The notes beneath the pieces are model-generated. The model was not told the origin of the DNA. It made no database searches and worked only from the letters and a program-made list of their open reading frames with translations. DNA of 64,000 bases from Polyangiaceae bacterium (GTDB lineage Bacteria; Myxococcota_A; Polyangia; Polyangiales; Polyangiaceae): the NCBI GenBank assembly GCA_044376115.1, contig JBILLK010000005.1, positions 320,001-384,000 on the forward strand. Direction: 5' to 3'. Every line of letters starts with the position of its first letter. Within the stretch, counting starts at the first letter, position 1. A program made the position numbers and the translations under genes. Below are positions 58,268 through 64,000 of the stretch, piece after piece.

Positions 58268-60163
58268 TCACTCGACGAGGACCAGAGCTGATTGTGGCGC
58301 CATCGGCGGATCGATAATGACCGTACCGCCAGCCCCAACTGTGACCTCCCTACCGGACCCGAGCGCGTCCTTGAGTTGAGTGCCAGCCTCGCGGTTGACC
58401 TTCATGGGAGCGCCCTCAAAAGCGGGGGCGCCCTCCTTGTCCTCGCGCGCGTTGAAGATCACTAACGCGTAGTCATTGCCCGCGTCCCCACCGCTGCGCT
58501 CAAAAGCAAAGATGCCAGCATCCTCCTCGTCCCCGCCACGTTCAGAGGACCAGACGACGCCGATAGCGCCCTTGCGAAGCGCGGCGCTCTCTTTGCGGAT
58601 CTTGGCCAACTTCTGAATGTGTTTGAAGGTGCTGTTGTCTTTGGCAAAGCCAGTAGGCCAAAGGTCTTCACGATTGGAGGGATCATTGCCTCCGGCGAAC
58701 TCCTGCTCCGTCCCGTAATAGAGACAAGGGATTCCCTGCGTCGTAAAGGTGAAGGTCAGGGCGTTGGCCAAGCCCTTCTTCGTGCCCGTGAACAGGTAGC
58801 GAGGTACGTCGTGGTTGTCGATGAAGTTGATTGGAACGTCGCGTGGGGCGACGCCAATGCCAAGCTCAGCCGGCTCCAAGCCCCAATTCTGATCGCGAAG
58901 CTTCCACAAGTCTTCAATGCGTTTGGTACTTTGGCCTAGCTGGAAAACATCACGAATGGCCGTGAAGTATTGAGGGAAGTAGAACGCGCTATCGAGCTGG
59001 TCGCCCGTTAGCTCCCGGCCGTCTGTAACGCATTCATTCTCGAGGGCTAGTTGTTCTGCCGCCGGCGGATCCGTCTTGGTAAAGGCGCCTACGAGATTGT
59101 CCCGCCCGTCGAAGGCTTCACCAAACATGATGAAGTTCTTCTTTCCTTTGGCAGCCAACCGTTGCCGAAGCTTCTGGGTGAAAAAACGCCAAAATTCGCG
59201 CTCTACGTGTTTGACCGTATCAATTCTAAAGCCGTCAATATCCGTTTGCAGGACCCAATCGGCGTAGACGTCAACCATGGTCTCTTTGACTGCAACGCCG
59301 TCGCGCGGACCGCAAAGCGCAGTATTGACGTCTTTGAGGCCACCGGGGAAGTCACCTTTGATTAGCTGCTCCGGATCCTCGAAGTTTACGGTTCTGCCCT
59401 TGCGGTTGAACGCGCGCGGGTCTTGGAACAGCTCCGGCATCGGCGGGACATGGTTCGTCGGCGGATCGTAGACAAAGATGGTGGGGGCAGGCCCTGCCTC
59501 TCCCAGCGAGGTCTCGGATTGGATGCCGCGCGGATCGAAATCGGGATCATACTCATTGATGTGAACGACTTGCGAACTCTCCCCGTTGCCGGAGAGCTGC
59601 TCGTCCGGTTGGCCATTCATGTTGATATCGTAGTAAAAAAGCTGGCCTAGGTGATTCGTCACGATGTCGACGATGATCTTCATCTTCCGCTCGTGCGCGG
59701 CGAATACCAAGCTACGCAGCGCAGCGAGATCCCCGAAGTGCGGATTGAGCGCCGTCAAGTCCTGTGCCCAATAGCCGTGATACCCATCGAAGCCGGCGTC
59801 GGTGTCGACGTTCTTGATGATCGGCGAGATCCATAAAGTGGTTACGCCAAGCTCCTCCAAGTAGTCGAGTTGGTCCTCGAGACCCTTCCAATCACCACCG
59901 TGGTACTTGCCCATCGCCGAGCGGTCGACGCCAAAGTTGTTGCCCGTGTCCCCGTCGGCAAAGCGGTCGATCAGGACCTGGTAGATCACCTCGTCGCGCC
60001 AATCCGTGACCTGGGTGGACATTGCGATCTCACCCTCGAGTCCCTCCTCGTAGCTCATGCAGCCGCCGCTGCTGGAGGCGCCGCCGATGACTGCAAGCCC
60101 GAGGGTGCAAAACACGCCAGCGATTGTTCGGCCAAAGCGGTTTGATCGTTTCATCCGGATCAT
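58268..60163 (-). CDS. GH13 alpha-amylase family lipoprotein
   Basis: GAGGAG RBS; WRDEVIYQVLIDRF, GGDWKG, YHGYW, DIVTNH, DGFRIDTVKH, GEAF, FIDNHD, GIPCLYYGTEQ. Confidence 0.93.
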   Translation of the reverse strand: MIRMKRSNRFGRTIAGVFCTLGLAVIGGASSSGGCMSYEEGLEGEIAMSTQVTDWRDEVIYQVLIDRFADGDTGNNFGVDRSAMGKYHGGDWKGLEDQLDYLEELGVTTLWISPIIKNVDTDAGFDGYHGYWAQDLTALNPHFGDLAALRSLVFAAHERKMKIIVDIVTNHLGQLFYYDINMNGQPDEQLSGNGESSQVVHINEYDPDFDPRGIQSETSLGEAGPAPTIFVYDPPTNHVPPMPELFQDPRAFNRKGRTVNFEDPEQLIKGDFPGGLKDVNTALCGPRDGVAVKETMVDVYADWVLQTDIDGFRIDTVKHVEREFWRFFTQKLRQRLAAKGKKNFIMFGEAFDGRDNLVGAFTKTDPPAAEQLALENECVTDGRELTGDQLDSAFYFPQYFTAIRDVFQLGQSTKRIEDLWKLRDQNWGLEPAELGIGVAPRDVPINFIDNHDVPRYLFTGTKKGLANALTFTFTTQGIPCLYYGTEQEFAGGNDPSNREDLWPTGFAKDNSTFKHIQKLAKIRKESAALRKGAIGVVWSSERGGDEEDAGIFAFERSGGDAGNDYALVIFNAREDKEGAPAFEGAPMKVNREAGTQLKDALGSGREVTVGAGGTVIIDPPMAPQSALVLVE

Positions 60164-60174
60164 GTGCGTGCTCC

Positions 60175-61797
60175 TCAAAAACCGTAAGAAGATGAGTTGA
60201 ACCACCACTCGGCGCCAAGCCCGATGAAGTGCTCGAGTTCCCGCTCTCGGTAGGGGTGGTCTTCCGGGTAGAGCAAGCGGGCCACGGAGCTACGAACCCC
60301 CAAATTGTAGATGGCGCGGATGTGCGGCCTACTGAAGTTGCCGCGTCCCGCAGGGGAGATGAACGGCATCAAGCCAACGCGAAACATGCTGGCGAGCGCA
60401 GGGCCCTCAGGGGCTTTCTCGGTGTCGTCGGGGTCCTGGTAAATGACTCCTCGTTGCGCAACTTCGAAGGTCCCTTCCAGGGAGACCCCGGCAATCTCGC
60501 CGAAGAAGAAGGTCGGCCGCAGGACCACGGCGCCTTCATCGACGTCATCATAGTTGAGCGTAGGCGTGGCATCGCGGAATGACCGGAAGTACGCTCCTGC
60601 CAACACGCCGAAGAAGTCGACCTCGGCGTTGCCTCCGATGGCCGCTACGATTTCACGGGCGCCGTCCGTTGTCTTCTCCGCCGTCAGTTGCCCTGGATTG
60701 GCGAATTGGCCGTACGCTGCGAGGTCACTCGAGTAGCGGAAGAAGAGGCTTACGTGGGTATCTCGTTTTCCGGTATATGCGGTAAACTGACCGCCTAGAA
60801 CGAAGCCCCCGTCGCTCGGTAGTTGTTCTACGAGGCCGCCAGGCTCCTCTTCTCGCTCGCCCTCCGGCAGTGCGTGCCCTTCACCGTAGAGCGCAGCTTT
60901 GATACCCGCCCTCGTGTCTTTGGCGCCCGGAGCGAGCTCACCAAACTTATAGCCGTAGCCGATTTTGGCGGCACCGATCAGCTTCTGCCTATTGAGCAGC
61001 GCGACGGGTGTGGCACCGAATTGGTCCAGGGGGGCGGGCCGAAGCACCGTCTGTTTGAAGAACGGTACATCGGGTTGTGTGGCTCCCACCGTGAGCTGCC
61101 CAAAGAATCCGGCCTTATGTCGATAGGCGGCTCCACCACCCAGCAGGTTCAGGTTGTCGAGCGGCCAGTAGTCGAGCGCGTAGATATCGTCACCGCGGAC
61201 CATACGCGAACCGACGAAGGTGCTTAGTCCCTCGACCCCAACGTTGCGCGCCTCGATGTACAGGTTGCGAATGGCCGCGTTGAGTTCGAAGTCCCCGGAG
61301 TAGTGAAAGACTGGGCTGGCAATCGCCAGCGTGATCACGATCGAGGTGTCAATGCCGGTGCCCTCCCAATGGTCCTCGCGTCGCAGCTCGGCCTCGGCGT
61401 AGTTGCCCTCGTCCATACGAGTGCCGCGCGCCACGATATCGGCGTCTGCTCCCGGGCCCCCCTGACCGTCGGTGGCAGCGATCATGCGGCCGTAGGAGCC
61501 AAATTCAAACGACCCTTTGTGCGGTTGTTCGACCGGGACTGGTGGCAACGTTGGTTTCTCGGCAGGTTTGGCCGGTAGCGCTACTGGTTCGGCTGCGCTG
61601 GGGGCGACCGTCTCCGTTGGCTTTACTTCCGGCTCCGCGGGCTTGTCCGTGGGCGGATTGGCCGGCTCGGTGGGTGGCGTCGGTTCTTGCGGCTCGCTCT
61701 GCGCAGCCGGTTTTTCTGCCGGTACGTCCGCATAGGCGGTGGCGTTCCACGTGAGGATCGCCAGTGATAAGCCCCCTAAGACCCGGCCGGAAATCAT
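60175..61797 (-). CDS. Carbohydrate porin (maltoporin/LamB-like)
   Basis: Signal peptide, Pro-rich linker, FEFGSYGR, alternating beta-strands, C-terminal GLGAEWWF; directly upstream of the amylase. Confidence 0.8.
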   Translation of the reverse strand: MISGRVLGGLSLAILTWNATAYADVPAEKPAAQSEPQEPTPPTEPANPPTDKPAEPEVKPTETVAPSAAEPVALPAKPAEKPTLPPVPVEQPHKGSFEFGSYGRMIAATDGQGGPGADADIVARGTRMDEGNYAEAELRREDHWEGTGIDTSIVITLAIASPVFHYSGDFELNAAIRNLYIEARNVGVEGLSTFVGSRMVRGDDIYALDYWPLDNLNLLGGGAAYRHKAGFFGQLTVGATQPDVPFFKQTVLRPAPLDQFGATPVALLNRQKLIGAAKIGYGYKFGELAPGAKDTRAGIKAALYGEGHALPEGEREEEPGGLVEQLPSDGGFVLGGQFTAYTGKRDTHVSLFFRYSSDLAAYGQFANPGQLTAEKTTDGAREIVAAIGGNAEVDFFGVLAGAYFRSFRDATPTLNYDDVDEGAVVLRPTFFFGEIAGVSLEGTFEVAQRGVIYQDPDDTEKAPEGPALASMFRVGLMPFISPAGRGNFSRPHIRAIYNLGVRSSVARLLYPEDHPYRERELEHFIGLGAEWWFNSSSYGF

Positions 61798-61924
61798 GCG
61801 CCGACGCTACCATGTTCGACGTTTGGAACGAGCAAGGACTCGCGCCAGGAGTCGAAGGTTTCAAGGAGGCGGTGGAATGACTGCAATGGGGCCTTCGGCC
61901 ACCCACGCACTCAGGTTCGCGCCT

Positions 61925-63295
61925 CTAAGGTGACTTGTCGTGCCTTAGGGTCTTCCTGAGGGCTTGCCGTTTTGCGCGGGCTGGGCTCATCTCTGTCCAG
62001 TTGCGTACCACTCGGTCGAGGTGATCGAGGTCTCGCACCGCGAGCGCTGCATCGAACAGCAGCATGTCGGCCCAACTCACGCCAGCTTTCACGGCCTGTT
62101 CAAGCTCCGCGAGTTGAACTGGCTTGGCGCGTTCGAGCAAAGCGATGGCGGTGTTCAGCAGCGGCCAAATGAAGGGAGCTGAGTCGGCGCTGCTCTCATG
62201 TTCCTGTTGTAACTTCTTGAGCGCCGCGAGGTCAGCCGATTCGTAGGCGGAAATGGCTTCGACACGTTGTTGCTCTTCACGATCCTGGATTTGATTCGCA
62301 GCGACTCGAGCGCCCTCGAGGTCTCCGCGCAAAAGGCGAACTCGGATCAGCTGGGTGTGCGCCGAGGCCAGCTCGCTTCGTAGACTGCAGGCCTTCTCGA
62401 GGGCGATCTGCGCCGTACTGAGGTCCTGTGCCGCAGCAGCAAGCTCGCCGCAAAAGGCCGCCGCGATCGCACAGTCGACGTCGCCCAACATCACGTCCAC
62501 CGGGATTTGGGTCTGCTCCGAGATCGAAAGCGTATAAGCGATGGCCCGCAGCGCTCGCGGCAGGTCTGAGATCGTATCCGCGCTCAACTGCAACGGCTCG
62601 ATGCTGCGTGAGGCGAGCCTCTTTCGAGCGCTCTCGAGTACGCCGGCCGAAGGGCCCGACATTTTTGCGAGCTCCTCTGCGCACTCCTCCAGCCGCCCAT
62701 GGAAGAGCAAGCTGCGCGCGCGCCGCAAGGTTGGCAAAGGTGAACCCGGCCAAGCCTTACTACAGCGCAGGAATCTGGCCTCCGCTTCGGCTGAACAGAG
62801 GAGGTCGAGCGCTGCGCCTGCGGCATAGTCGTGCAGCGGATCCTCTGCGACGTCGAGCTTGCGGTGCTGATCCAACAAGTTCCCCGCGTAGCGGTCATTG
62901 CCTACCGCAACGGCGTGCGAGAGCGTCGCAAACGCCAATAGCGGACCCCGTGCGCCCAGCTTCCAGGTCTTGTAGATGAAGGCCGTCGCGCGGTTGGCGT
63001 CTGGGGTTACCTCCATCAAGAACAGCCCCTCCGCTCGTACCCAAGCGCTCAGTGCGTCCTTGCTGGTCGGTGCCAGGGAGAGCGCGCGAGCAGCGCTCTC
63101 CACCGCTGCGTGGAAGCGGCCCGCTAGCAAGTGCTCACCTGACTCCTTTGCAGCGGCCGCCGCGGAGGCCTCCGAAAGTTCCAGCTGACGCTTGTTGTAA
63201 GCCGTCAGACCAGCACCGGCGGCACCGAAAGCAGCCGCAGCGCCAAGACCAATCAGAAGTCTGCGACGGTTGAGCGTGTGATTAGCTAGCACCAT
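61925..63295 (-). CDS. Helical-repeat (TPR-like) protein with a putative Tat signal
   Basis: NRRRLL followed by a hydrophobic stretch; Ala/Leu-rich helical repeats. Confidence 0.6.
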   Translation of the reverse strand: MVLANHTLNRRRLLIGLGAAAAFGAAGAGLTAYNKRQLELSEASAAAAAKESGEHLLAGRFHAAVESAARALSLAPTSKDALSAWVRAEGLFLMEVTPDANRATAFIYKTWKLGARGPLLAFATLSHAVAVGNDRYAGNLLDQHRKLDVAEDPLHDYAAGAALDLLCSAEAEARFLRCSKAWPGSPLPTLRRARSLLFHGRLEECAEELAKMSGPSAGVLESARKRLASRSIEPLQLSADTISDLPRALRAIAYTLSISEQTQIPVDVMLGDVDCAIAAAFCGELAAAAQDLSTAQIALEKACSLRSELASAHTQLIRVRLLRGDLEGARVAANQIQDREEQQRVEAISAYESADLAALKKLQQEHESSADSAPFIWPLLNTAIALLERAKPVQLAELEQAVKAGVSWADMLLFDAALAVRDLDHLDRVVRNWTEMSPARAKRQALRKTLRHDKSP

Positions 63296-63382
63296 GTGAG
63301 AGCCGACCGCTGACGGGTACCACGGGCTGGTAGCGGTGAGCAGATCCTTGTCAGCTTGGCCGCTGTTCTGCGAAAGTGAGGA

Positions 63383-64000
63383 ATGCTCTTTTCACGCATC
63401 ATCAATCCGCGCGTTTTCTTGGGTGCCTTCTTCTGTCTTGGTCTGCCACTCGTGGGTTGTGGCGATGATGCGGGGACAGGCGCTGCTGGAGCTGGTGGGT
63501 CCCCCACTGGTGGCCAAGGCGGCGAGGGCGCTGGGACGAATAACGGAATCTGCATCAAGCACAACTGCTCGACGGATGATGACTGCCAGGGTTGCGACGG
63601 TGGCTACAACTTCTGCCAGGTAGAAGCTGGGGCTGACGCCGGCCGATGCGTTGCCTGCGGAGCGGATACCGGCTCTGGCTGTCCCGAGGGACAGGTCTGC
63701 TCGAGCTTTGGTGATTGCGTTCCGGAAGGCGCTGAATGCCCGACGGAGGCTGGCGTACCCCTCATTGCTTGCGAGTCGAGCGCTGACTGTGTGGCTTGTG
63801 ATCCGGCGCATCAGGTTTGTGATACGGCGACCAATAAGTGTGTCGCTTGTACGGAGAACGACACCTCGGAGTGTCAGTCGACGGACATCTGCAAACAGGG
63901 CGAGTGCGCGCCAGCTTGCAGCAATGACTGCACTGTCGACAACGATTGCAGCAAGTGTGGCGGTGCCAAAGCCTGCAACAACCATAAGTGCTCCGAGTGC
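63383..64000 (+). CDS. 3'-truncated Cys-rich repeat lipoprotein (not in the ORF track)
   Basis: GAGGA then ATG 63383; MLFSRIINPRVFLGAFFCLGLPLVGC lipobox, Gly linker, repeated C-x4/5-C units; frame open to the window end. Confidence 0.75.
   Translation, partial: MLFSRIINPRVFLGAFFCLGLPLVGCGDDAGTGAAGAGGSPTGGQGGEGAGTNNGICIKHNCSTDDDCQGCDGGYNFCQVEAGADAGRCVACGADTGSGCPEGQVCSSFGDCVPEGAECPTEAGVPLIACESSADCVACDPAHQVCDTATNKCVACTENDTSECQSTDICKQGECAPACSNDCTVDNDCSKCGGAKACNNHKCSEC

Noticed and set aside
63392..63985. 197-aa minus-strand ORF in the ORF track
   Set aside because: The + strand frame from 63383 encodes a convincing lipobox and Cys-rich repeat protein running off the window end

Overview
GC-rich bacterial chromosomal segment with about 49 densely packed genes. 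Gene content points to a myxobacterium, most likely Polyangiaceae/Sorangiineae (inference): four Hanks-type Ser/Thr kinases, a TPR-PEGA protein, many Gly-linker/Cys-rich lipoproteins, a MYXO-CTERM-like tail and a myxosortase-like CPBP protease. Housekeeping genes (upp, PPi-type pfk, msrB-msrA fusion, dnaK, pssA, nadE, rfbC, pckA, ddl) are mixed with envelope and secreted functions: a gingipain-like C25 protease next to a 1428-aa metzincin lipoprotein, a Ca-binding EGF-repeat lipoprotein behind two coupled soluble kinases, VanW, a KirBac K+ channel, and a maltoporin-like porin plus GH13 amylase. I found no rRNA, tRNA, CRISPR array, prophage or transposase. The best non-coding signals are (i) a ~200-bp MITE-like element flanked by CTAG duplicates that carry the stop codons of two convergent genes (16327-16532), and (ii) a candidate sigma54-driven ~55-nt small RNA with a C-rich loop and its own terminator (58155-58234). 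All calls come from motif recognition by eye; no database searches were run, and several start codons are best guesses.
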